This document shows, piece after piece, positions 26,889-34,466 of a stretch of DNA of 64,000 nt; positions within the stretch are counted from its first letter, which is position 1, and every line of letters begins with the position of its first letter. Under the pieces are notes generated by a model, which saw nothing but the letters and a program-made list of their open reading frames with translations, did not search any database and was not told the DNA's origin. Source of the DNA: a virus (lineage: Duplodnaviria; Heunggongvirae; Uroviricota; Caudoviricetes); the IMG/VR virus record IMGVR_UViG_3300034196_000017, positions 13,422 through 77,421 of that record, one strand, 5' to 3'. A program made the position numbers and the translations under genes.

Positions 26889-28826
26889 TTAGAACGGTAC
26901 GTCATCGTTGTTTACGCTAGGAACCTGAGGATTCAGAGCGGATTCAATAGTACCTTGTTTTGCTTCCCAGTCACGGAAGTTAATCGCTCGACGTGTCTCA
27001 ACGTCATAGATCAACTGCATGATTTCACCAGTCTCACCACCACGGCACTTGGGCATATCAACGTGTGTGAGGTTCTTCAGGATTGGGTCAGTGTTCATCT
27101 TATCACGACTGATCACGATGTTGTAGGCTGCCGACTGTACAAACGTCGAGCTACCAAATGCATCATACTCAGTTGCTTTACGCCACGTACCATCCGAGTT
27201 GACTGGTTTCCGTGTGTGGAGTACGTTGATGATCGTAACACCAGACTTGACAATCTGTTTCTGCCACTTCATGTGATCTTCTTGCAGGTCACCGTTGGTG
27301 CCGCGAAGAATGTCAGTCAATACGTCAATCACGATGATTTTGCAACCATACTGGTGGATCAACTTTTCAACCTGACGCTCAAGCATCTTGATATCACCGT
27401 CACGCTCATCCAAGATCGAGAACCGTGGCTCACCAGTCTCAGATGTCAGGAGGTCGTCATACAGACGCACAACCTCAGGACGATCCAGATACTCAAGAAT
27501 ATCAACACCTTCACCAATCCACAACAGGTTCTTCTCAAGGTGCAAGCTCAACATGTCCAGTGTGTACTGACCAGATGTTGCCTCAAGACTAACCACACCA
27601 ACCTTCTCTGGTGCGTTGAACATCCAGAAGTAGTTCAAGCTGTTAATGTGTGTGGATTTACCAACAGACGTGTCACCGATGATGTTCACGATAGAACCCT
27701 GACGGATACCACCTTTCATTGCTCGCTCAACATCTGCCCACTCAGGCGGCAGCTTGATACGAGGACGCATTAGCTCTTCACGAACAGCGTCCATCAGTCC
27801 AGTGGACTCACAGATACCAGAAGCGATAAGAGGTTTTGCGTTGTAAAAGTCACGAACAAAAGTGCTGGCCTTGTTGTCATCCAACATCTTGTTAGGGTCT
27901 TTACCAGACCACAATGCGATCTTTACCTTTTCCTTAGGAAGTACAGCAGCGATATCCTGCGCTGCCTTCTTACCCGCCTCATCGTTGTCCATACCGATGA
28001 TGATTTGCTCATACTGGTCAAGCCACGAATACTGTGCTGCAATCTGCTTAACAGCACTGTTCTCACCACATGTTGGACTAACCACGTGAATCTCAGCGAC
28101 GTTAGGTTTACCAGCTCTGTTCTCTTCGAACATCTGGTAAGCAGCAACCTTATCCTCTTCACCACCTACGATCAAGATGTATTTGTTGTGACCACTAAAC
28201 TTCACCTGACCAGAAAGTTGGTTCTTACCCCCTGTATGTCCAACGTTACCGTAACGGAAGTCTTTAGGGTGGTTACGGCACTTATATCCTGCAATTTTAC
28301 CTTTTGTATTCGTCTCAGGGTAGTGACGACTGATTACTTCACCAGCATCGTTCTTCTTTGTGAGGTGACCGTAAAACTTCAGGTACTCACTCTTGATGTT
28401 ACGGTAGTTTAAACCATCGTAACCACTAACCTTTCGACCGTTGATTTCTTTGTGTGCACTTGCGATGAACGCCCGTACCTCTTCATCTGACATTGCTGGC
28501 AGACAATCATTCGTCATCACTTGACCATCACTCAACTTTTTCATCTCCTCTTTGTATACATCATACGAAATGCCCAGAATCTCCATTGTCTTATCTCGAC
28601 CTTTGGCAAATTCTGTTTCAGTGTCCATCTCTTCACTCAACATCACAAAATCAATGGGTGAAGACCCACCTGTACCGGCACCACACCCGTAGCAGTAGAA
28701 TGAATTTTGGTGGTGATAGACGTTGAATGAACCCGTGTTCTCATTGTGGAACGGACAGCATACTTTATCACTACCGTCATAATCTGACATGTAGTGTTTC
28801 ATTACCTTGTAAATCAAGCTCGACAA
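26889..28826 (-). CDS. primase-helicase (T7 gp4-like)
   Basis: N-terminal zinc finger CCPFHNENTGSF...CYGCG; TOPRIM acidic residues; DnaB-like Walker A GDTSVGKST; C-terminal acidic tail ending DDVPF. Confidence 0.8.
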   Translation of the reverse strand: MSSLIYKVMKHYMSDYDGSDKVCCPFHNENTGSFNVYHHQNSFYCYGCGAGTGGSSPIDFVMLSEEMDTETEFAKGRDKTMEILGISYDVYKEEMKKLSDGQVMTNDCLPAMSDEEVRAFIASAHKEINGRKVSGYDGLNYRNIKSEYLKFYGHLTKKNDAGEVISRHYPETNTKGKIAGYKCRNHPKDFRYGNVGHTGGKNQLSGQVKFSGHNKYILIVGGEEDKVAAYQMFEENRAGKPNVAEIHVVSPTCGENSAVKQIAAQYSWLDQYEQIIIGMDNDEAGKKAAQDIAAVLPKEKVKIALWSGKDPNKMLDDNKASTFVRDFYNAKPLIASGICESTGLMDAVREELMRPRIKLPPEWADVERAMKGGIRQGSIVNIIGDTSVGKSTHINSLNYFWMFNAPEKVGVVSLEATSGQYTLDMLSLHLEKNLLWIGEGVDILEYLDRPEVVRLYDDLLTSETGEPRFSILDERDGDIKMLERQVEKLIHQYGCKIIVIDVLTDILRGTNGDLQEDHMKWQKQIVKSGVTIINVLHTRKPVNSDGTWRKATEYDAFGSSTFVQSAAYNIVISRDKMNTDPILKNLTHVDMPKCRGGETGEIMQLIYDVETRRAINFRDWEAKQGTIESALNPQVPSVNNDDVPF

Positions 28827-28844
28827 ACAGTTCTCCTTAGTTAT

Positions 28845-29117
28845 TTATAGCCACTCACCATCTTCAGTAACGACGATATCCCACACAGCCAAGGCAGCGA
28901 TAAGCGATGGGTAATATTTCTTTACTGGTGAGATATAAGAATCCCTGTAATCCACCAGAGTCTCATTTATCGGCAAGTCACGCCAGTAAACAATGTCGGC
29001 CTGTGATGCATAGCACTCAGGACACACGTTCGATGTCATTGATAGCCTCCGGCAAGGCTTCATAGAAGGTTTTATTGCCACCCCAATACCAACCACTGCT
29101 ATAACCACGACAGTCAA
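28845..29117 (-). CDS. hypothetical protein
   Basis: 90-aa ORF; CPEC motif. Confidence 0.35.
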   Translation of the reverse strand: MTVVVIAVVGIGVAIKPSMKPCRRLSMTSNVCPECYASQADIVYWRDLPINETLVDYRDSYISPVKKYYPSLIAALAVWDIVVTEDGEWL

Positions 29118-29336
29118 TTGTGTAGCGGCTGAAGTCCACCTGTAGGCGATATTTGAACATCTTCTCCAATGCCCAAGACTGATTACTCATTAATCAATTC
29201 CTTCCAGTTTCGACCTTTACGTGGGTAATAACCGTATCCATTAATTGGGATACCTTTAGCAAACTCAGCCTTCAATTGTTTAACGGTTCTACTACGACCA
29301 TTAGGCTTGTCAGTCCAACACATCCGGCGAAGTGCT

Positions 29337-29609
29337 TTACATTTCTTTGCCCGCATTTGCAGCCTCCCAATCTTTAATATACTGGTCAGGATTATCAATC
29401 CAATGGTGAGCCAAAGAATCCTGTAACAATCTAATCCAACGATCTTGACTATCTTTATATCGGTCGTATCGGTCAAGCTTAGCCTGAGCTTCCTCAACTT
29501 CAATCTCAATCTTACGACGCTCCATAACATAACTAGGTAAGAGCCTGTTACTGAGAATCATATCAAGTTCATCACGACGATCAAGTTCATGACAGCGAAG
29601 TCTACTCAT
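29337..29609 (-). CDS. hypothetical protein
   Basis: 90-aa ORF; preferred over the overlapping frame 29183..29530. Confidence 0.35.
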   Translation of the reverse strand: MSRLRCHELDRRDELDMILSNRLLPSYVMERRKIEIEVEEAQAKLDRYDRYKDSQDRWIRLLQDSLAHHWIDNPDQYIKDWEAANAGKEM

Positions 29610-29944
29610 TGCTCCACCTTATCCTTGAACTCTTTAAGGAAAACAGCCATGCGTTCCCGCAACTGACCAGTTTGAGCGTAGTTAATGGCAAGGTCGCGAA
29701 GTAGATTCACTTGCTCACGGAACTCGTGATCCTTCATAGGCTCTTTATTTTGAGAAGTCTTAGACTGCGTATATGTATATGCCTCGCTTTCAGACCATAA
29801 TTTGGAAAGCTCATCCCGAAAACCGCCCCAATCATATCGATCATCACCAGCAAGAGACCCATCGCTAAACCCTTCTTCGTATGCTTCTTTCAGACCGTAG
29901 CTCATTTCTTTAACTCCATGGCTGCGCACCAAACAGTGAAGCAT
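29606..29944 (-). CDS. hypothetical protein
   Basis: 112-aa ORF. Confidence 0.4.
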   Translation of the reverse strand: MLHCLVRSHGVKEMSYGLKEAYEEGFSDGSLAGDDRYDWGGFRDELSKLWSESEAYTYTQSKTSQNKEPMKDHEFREQVNLLRDLAINYAQTGQLRERMAVFLKEFKDKVEQ

Positions 29945-30122
29945 TCCAATGCATGGTCTGATACATATTCACCCTCATAACGAGTCAGGTGACGGCTAGC
30001 TCGACCACGTGCACCACCACGAATAGTGTAGTGATCAGCGTACCAAGCCTCAAACGATTCACGGAATTCTTCAACGTTCATGTGTCACCTCATTGATTGA
30101 GATTCATCAAGTATACAATGGA

Positions 30123-30476
30123 TTACAAAACGATACCAGAGTTTTCGCTCATGCATTCATCTGTGATGTAACCAGAGAAACCCAACGCAAGACTCTCAAC
30201 AAACTGAGCTTCGACAACCGGCTGAGAGTAAGCAAGATCAACAACACGCATGCCTACAGTGTGAGCTTCACCCTTCATTGTGCTATCTACAATTTCAGAA
30301 GAAACTGACTTATCAGTAGGGAACTGACGTACGATCATGGTGTGGTACGCAAACTCACCCAACCGATCACACATCTGCTCAACACTTACCTCTTCACTAG
30401 CCTGTACCGAACCAAAGCTCATAGCAGTGATGAAGCCAAGAATACCAAGACCTTTTACGATTTTACTTTTCATTTT
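30123..30476 (-). CDS. secreted/periplasmic protein with signal peptide
   Basis: MKSKIVKGLGILGFITAMSFGSVQA|SEE signal peptide; own promoter and SD; flanked by terminators. Confidence 0.5.
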   Translation of the reverse strand, partial: KMKSKIVKGLGILGFITAMSFGSVQASEEVSVEQMCDRLGEFAYHTMIVRQFPTDKSVSSEIVDSTMKGEAHTVGMRVVDLAYSQPVVEAQFVESLALGFSGYITDECMSENSGIVL

Positions 30477-30500
30477 AGAACTCCTAATGGTTGAGCGATG

Positions 30501-30529
30501 ATTGTACTCCTGAATCAAATACCTGTCAA
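30501..30529 (-). promoter_or_regulatory. sigma70-type promoter (TTGACA-17-TACAAT)
   Basis: Minus strand: TTGACA-ggtatttgattcaggag-TACAAT, then AGGAG SD and ATG at 30476. Confidence 0.5.
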
Positions 30530-30546
30530 GGCTTTTCTTCAGGCAT

Positions 30547-30576
30547 TAAAAAGCCCCACTCAAAGAGCAGGGCTTA
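30547..30576 (-). terminator. rho-independent terminator
   Basis: Minus strand: AAGCCC...GGGCTT hairpin followed by TTTTT. Confidence 0.5.
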
Positions 30577-30582
30577 GGGGTG

Positions 30583-30822
30583 TTACTCGATTACAAGCTT
30601 GACTTTTGCAGAGAAGATTGATTCACCTTCTTTGTTGTAAATCTCCACAACGCTTGCACTACTCAGTACAGCGAAGCATGATTCCTCACCAGCAAGCTCA
30701 ATAACTTCGTCAGGGATACCGACTCCACGCTTGTAGACAGGTTTGTAAAATTGAAGGTCAAATGAATCAATCTCATCCCAACCTTTCCATGATTCTAGAA
30801 AGCTACTCTCAACACCCTTCAC
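30583..30822 (-). CDS. hypothetical protein
   Basis: 79-aa ORF. Confidence 0.35.
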   Translation of the reverse strand: MKGVESSFLESWKGWDEIDSFDLQFYKPVYKRGVGIPDEVIELAGEESCFAVLSSASVVEIYNKEGESIFSAKVKLVIE

Positions 30823-30949
30823 GACTGAAGGCTCACAGGGCCACGACCACGTTTACGACTCTTTGGTGCTGATACCTTACGAGCTTTGTGACCAGCAGTT
30901 TGTGTCACACCGTTGATCTTGTCTGCTTGCTCATAGAAAATCTTACCCA

Positions 30950-31204
30950 TTATTTTTGCTCCTTTTTGATAAGTGCGGGATCATTGCGTACGAAATCAGC
31001 ACTCAGTCCCATCTCAATTTTCCAAACCTTGAAACCGTCATGCTCAGTGCTGAAGTAAGCCAGATCACCTACAATCTTCATGAAACCTTCAAAGTTTTCG
31101 TCAGTCTCTGGGGAGTAGTACTGAGCATCATCTGGTCCTGCTTGCCAATCAATTACCAGATTATCTTCAGCGTCAAGATGAGAAAGTTTTTGAATATAAG
31201 TCAT
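30950..31204 (-). CDS. hypothetical protein
   Basis: 84-aa acidic ORF. Confidence 0.35.
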   Translation of the reverse strand: MTYIQKLSHLDAEDNLVIDWQAGPDDAQYYSPETDENFEGFMKIVGDLAYFSTEHDGFKVWKIEMGLSADFVRNDPALIKKEQK

Positions 31205-31593
31205 TGGGTAATTCCTTTTTCAGATTTAATTTGTTGGATAAGCTCTTCACGACGCTTTGTTGCCAAATCTACAACTTCAGCCATGCGTGCATCTCGCACT
31301 TCTGAAGAAATCGGCTTCAGAATCCGATCCTTAATAGGCTTGTCACTCACCTCAAAAGGTGCGTTCGGTACAGCTGGCATTACCGTTCCCTTTGGCATAT
31401 AGCTTGGTTGTAGAAAGCTATAAATAATCACAAAGAACACAGCAATATAGAGAGGATAAACTTTCTTGAGTCGCATTGCAAGAAGAATCATTGCCACTAC
31501 AAACAACGGACCAAGCAGGTTCATTAGCAAAATCATTTCATATTCCTTAGTATGGGAAGGGTGACCGCATATAGTCAGCCACCCTGTATCCAA
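31201..31593 (-). CDS. membrane protein (possible NfeD-like partner of the SPFH protein)
   Basis: Two N-terminal TM helices followed by a soluble domain; immediately downstream of the SPFH gene with ATGA overlap. Confidence 0.35.
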   Translation of the reverse strand: MDTGWLTICGHPSHTKEYEMILLMNLLGPLFVVAMILLAMRLKKVYPLYIAVFFVIIYSFLQPSYMPKGTVMPAVPNAPFEVSDKPIKDRILKPISSEVRDARMAEVVDLATKRREELIQQIKSEKGITQ

Positions 31594-31595
31594 TC

Positions 31596-32375
31596 TTACT
31601 TACGCATATCCATGATCATCGGAACCGAAGTACCCATGATGGTCTGAGGCAGTGCACCATCCCACTTCTCAGCCTTGATCTGCTCAATTTCCAGCTCTTT
31701 CAGTCGCAGAACACGTGGGTCAACAGCTTCAGCCAGAGTACGTTGCTCAACAGCCTTGGTCTCAGCCTTCTCTTTCTCGATCAGACGTTGCAGCTTGGCT
31801 TCTTGCAACTCACGCTCAAGTTGAACCTTGCTAACTTCCAACTTGGCCTCTTCTTGCTGGACCATTTCACGACGCTCAGCACTATTTTCTTGTGCCTTGG
31901 TGATGATAGGTGGGAACTTGATGTTAGTCAAGCCAGCATATCGAACAGTGAACGGAGTACGCTTACCCATAACCTCAGCCAACAGAACCTGAATCTCTTG
32001 GTTGATCTTCTCGTTGTTGGAAGCAATCTCAGCAATGGTGTACTTGGTTACCAAAGCACGAACCTCAGCTTGCAGAACCTGACGACCATAAGTGTTATAG
32101 ATCGACTCAGCAGTGATCACTGACAACTGATCATCCTTCACAGTCTGAGGCAACTTGTTGAACAGTGCATCAGCCTTTTGTGGGTCAACCGAAAGAGTTG
32201 CACGCAGGTCAACCGTGATATTCAGCTTATCACCCGGAATGAAGATTTCCATCGGTTCAACATACGACTTGTCAGTGTTGTCCAACAAAACCATACGGTC
32301 ACAGTAGTTAATGCATGGTGGCAGTCGCAGTTTCGAAGTAGGGATCATACCTTCCTGATAACCGTCTTTTGTCAT
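31596..32375 (-). CDS. SPFH/band-7 (stomatin/prohibitin/HflC-like) domain protein
   Basis: SPFH core followed by a long Glu/Lys/Gln-rich coiled-coil tail typical of the family; in-frame with an upstream lipoprotein signal peptide separated by a TAA. Confidence 0.6.
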   Translation of the reverse strand: MTKDGYQEGMIPTSKLRLPPCINYCDRMVLLDNTDKSYVEPMEIFIPGDKLNITVDLRATLSVDPQKADALFNKLPQTVKDDQLSVITAESIYNTYGRQVLQAEVRALVTKYTIAEIASNNEKINQEIQVLLAEVMGKRTPFTVRYAGLTNIKFPPIITKAQENSAERREMVQQEEAKLEVSKVQLERELQEAKLQRLIEKEKAETKAVEQRTLAEAVDPRVLRLKELEIEQIKAEKWDGALPQTIMGTSVPMIMDMRK

Positions 32376-32405
32376 GATCTTACCAACGAAGCCCGGTGGT
32401 ACTTA

Positions 32406-32483
32406 AACCTTCTGACCACAACCCACCATCAGTGTAGCAGCCATAGCCAATGCAGCGATTTTCAACATATTGCGTACTTTCAT
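32406..32483 (-). other. lipoprotein signal peptide mini-ORF, in-frame with SPFH gene but closed by TAA (32403-32405)
   Basis: MKVRNMLKIAALAMAATLMVGCGQKV* with strong SD AGGAGAAG and a consensus promoter; same frame as the SPFH ORF 27 codons downstream. Confidence 0.5.
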
Positions 32484-32522
32484 TTTTACTTCTCCTAGTT
32501 GTTACTCGATTTGATGTTGCCC

Positions 32523-32551
32523 ATTATACAGCAGTGAATTAGGTGTTGCAA
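32523..32551 (-). promoter_or_regulatory. sigma70-type promoter (TTGCAA-17-TATAAT) with A-tract
   Basis: Minus strand: TAAAATAAAGC-TTGCAA-cacctaattcactgctg-TATAAT. Confidence 0.55.
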
Positions 32552-32559
32552 GCTTTATT

Positions 32560-32934
32560 TTAAAAAGGTTCTTCGTGTTCAGCGATCACCCTTTCAAGCT
32601 CGTTGATCTTTTCAATCAGAGCTTCTCTATCCCAGTGATCATACGGACATTCATCTTCATCGTCAACTTCATTTTGAATGCTCCATTCATAACGGAGTTT
32701 TTCATCGTATTGACGCTTAGCCTCATGGTCAATTCGACCGTCTACAATGAAACCACCATGTCGTACCATGAGGTTCCTGTTAGGAATATCGAAACACCGT
32801 GTTCCATTGTTGCTATACTGAACACGTGCATAATCCTCTTGTGCATCAATAATAACCACTTCCATACCATGCAAACTGTGATTAATGTCAGAAACACGAA
32901 CAAGATCACCTACAAACAGCTTACGATAAGCCAT
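32560..32934 (-). CDS. hypothetical protein
   Basis: 124-aa ORF. Confidence 0.4.
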   Translation of the reverse strand: MAYRKLFVGDLVRVSDINHSLHGMEVVIIDAQEDYARVQYSNNGTRCFDIPNRNLMVRHGGFIVDGRIDHEAKRQYDEKLRYEWSIQNEVDDEDECPYDHWDREALIEKINELERVIAEHEEPF

Positions 32935-32935
32935 C

Positions 32936-33199
32936 TCAGCCTCCTACAGACGTTTTAACATCGTTAGGGTACATACGATCCATCAGTGCGTCAAACGGCT
33001 TACCAATCTCACCACAGAAGGTTAGAGTGGCTACACCAAGTGCAGCAATAGATCCGGGAATCACCCAGTTTGTAGAACGTACATACTCAACGACGCTTGG
33101 TCCAATATCAGTGACCAGCACACCAACACCAGCTACTGTGAATGCAGCAGCTGCAACCGTAGAAGTGATGACTAAAACCTTTGTCAATTTATCTAGCAT
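32936..33199 (-). CDS. small membrane protein
   Basis: Two hydrophobic helices; ATG at 33199 with GGAGAG SD; lies downstream of the tRNA-like leader. Confidence 0.45.
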   Translation of the reverse strand: MLDKLTKVLVITSTVAAAAFTVAGVGVLVTDIGPSVVEYVRSTNWVIPGSIAALGVATLTFCGEIGKPFDALMDRMYPNDVKTSVGG

Positions 33200-33218
33200 T
33201 TTACTCTCCAGTAATGAG

Positions 33219-33372
33219 TGACGCAAGAGGGAGTCGAACCCTCAAGGCAATTAAGCCAGCGGTATCATGCGTTGTTTGTAACCTGCTAAGATCACTATGC
33301 TTTTATACATAGATCACCTCATACTCTCACAAAGCAATCCTCCCCAGTGTTTACCAATTCCACCATTGCGTC
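33219..33372 (-). ncRNA. tRNA-like split element (5' acceptor/D-arm and 3' T-arm/acceptor separated by about 100 nt)
   Basis: Canonical T-arm GAGGG-UUCGACU-CCCUC plus 3' acceptor UUGCGUC-A at 33219-33243; complementary 5' GACGCAA-UG-GUG-GAAUUGGUAAA-CAC at 33372-33347; no contiguous anticodon arm; promoter directly upstream. Confidence 0.3.
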
Positions 33373-33385
33373 TTTGTTGGGTCAA

Positions 33386-33413
33386 ATTATACAGCAATTA
33401 TTTCGTGTGTCAA
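33386..33413 (-). promoter_or_regulatory. sigma70-type promoter (TTGACA-16-TATAAT)
   Basis: Minus strand: TTGACA-cacgaaataattgctg-TATAAT; predicted TSS about 5-7 nt before GACGCAA. Confidence 0.55.
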
Positions 33414-33416
33414 CAA

Positions 33417-33605
33417 CTATTTTCTCTTATTGATGATTGTAGGAAGGGTTACACATAAGATCAAAATGAACCCTATAGGCCATAGAAGCAAAAAGAAAAT
33501 GATTGCCAAAGCCACATCCCATGAATCTACCCGACGCAAACTCCTTACACAGTACAGCGTGTAAACGAAAATCAATATACCTATTACAACATATGCGGTC
33601 AACAT
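33417..33605 (-). CDS. small membrane protein (paralog A)
   Basis: 62 aa, two TM helices, shares VRS...LWPI motif with the adjacent ORF. Confidence 0.4.
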   Translation of the reverse strand: MLTAYVVIGILIFVYTLYCVRSLRRVDSWDVALAIIFFLLLWPIGFILILCVTLPTIINKRK

Positions 33606-33607
33606 TT

Positions 33608-33841
33608 TTATTTCCCATTAACAAATTTGAGGAATTTGTACAATAAATCACTTTCGATGATCTTATGTACACCCACTGTAACCAATGCGATAGGCCAAAG
33701 GACGCCAAAGCACAAAAACAAAGAGCATAGATCTTTTCCACCGATCCAGACTTCCTTTCGGAAGCACTTTACGGAACGTACGAACACATATGATCCTAAC
33801 AGGATATACACACATGTCAAGATAATTTCTAAAATATCCAT
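33608..33841 (-). CDS. small membrane protein (paralog B)
   Basis: 77 aa, two TM helices, shares VRS...LWPI motif with 33417..33605. Confidence 0.4.
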   Translation of the reverse strand: MDILEIILTCVYILLGSYVFVRSVKCFRKEVWIGGKDLCSLFLCFGVLWPIALVTVGVHKIIESDLLYKFLKFVNGK

Positions 33842-33846
33842 TTCTC

Positions 33847-34071
33847 CTAATTACCTTCGTGCCGTAGTTTCTTCATGTATTTCTCGGTCGCTACCTTGAT
33901 CGCTACACATTCATCAAGTCTCATCTGAGCGTCCCTAACGTACGTGTTCTCATACCATATAGACTGATCAGTCCTTGCTTTTTCTACATCTCGCTTTAGA
34001 TGCTTGCACCGATCCTTCAACCATTTCACGTGTTCCTTCATTACTTCACTTGCTTTCATAACGCTCTCCAA
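33847..34071 (-). CDS. hypothetical helical protein
   Basis: 74-aa Lys/Glu-rich ORF. Confidence 0.4.
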   Translation of the reverse strand: MESVMKASEVMKEHVKWLKDRCKHLKRDVEKARTDQSIWYENTYVRDAQMRLDECVAIKVATEKYMKKLRHEGN

Positions 34072-34406
34072 ATATGCTCAGTTGGTGAATTCCGGGTAGA
34101 CTTCCCCTTAGGGCTCACGATAGGAGCCAAGGAGTCACCCGTAGAATATGCTCAGTCGGAGCCTCATTCCCCAGCAGTCGCTGGACATGTACAAAGGTAC
34201 ACAGGGTAGGATCAGATTGCAACATCTTTCTCCCGTGGTATGCTTCCACCGTTACAGGTGGCTTGCCGACGCCATACCAGAACCTTTCGATCCACTTCCA
34301 CGTCATACTGGGCTTGCTCAGTTATCTGCCATTTAAGAGTGAGAAACCCGTGATAACGACGCACAAAGCTCACTCCGAGGCAGAACACGTCTACCAATTG
34401 TTATGA

Positions 34407-34435
34407 ATACTACAGGTAAAATTCTGATCTGTCAA
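34407..34435 (-). promoter_or_regulatory. leftward promoter (TTGACA-17-TAGTAT)
   Basis: Shares the palindromic TGTCAAGGCTTGACA -35 region with the rightward promoter. Confidence 0.4.
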
Positions 34436-34437
34436 GG

Positions 34438-34466
34438 CTTGACATCAATTAAATACGTGTTACGAT
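34438..34466 (+). promoter_or_regulatory. rightward promoter (TTGACA-17-TACGAT) for the plus-strand island
   Basis: TTGACA-tcaattaaatacgtgt-TACGAT then GGAGA SD and ATG at 34495. Confidence 0.45.

Noticed and set aside
29183-29530. ORF 29183..29530
   Set aside because: It overlaps 29337..29609 in another frame for nearly 200 nt. The latter has a better start context, so only the 3' part of this ORF (about 29183..29320) could be a real small gene.
33219-33243. attP site and lysogeny module
   Set aside because: A tRNA 3'-end fragment alone is not evidence of integration. No integrase, repressor or excisionase-like ORF is visible in the 64 kb, and the genome content (RNR, replisome, homing endonucleases) looks lytic.
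33219-33300. Complete conventional tRNA gene on the minus strand
   Set aside because: The T-arm and 3' acceptor are perfect. However, no complementary 5' acceptor strand or anticodon stem-loop exists within a normal 73-90 nt span, and the only complementary 5' strand is about 150 nt upstream. It is reported as a tRNA-like split element instead.
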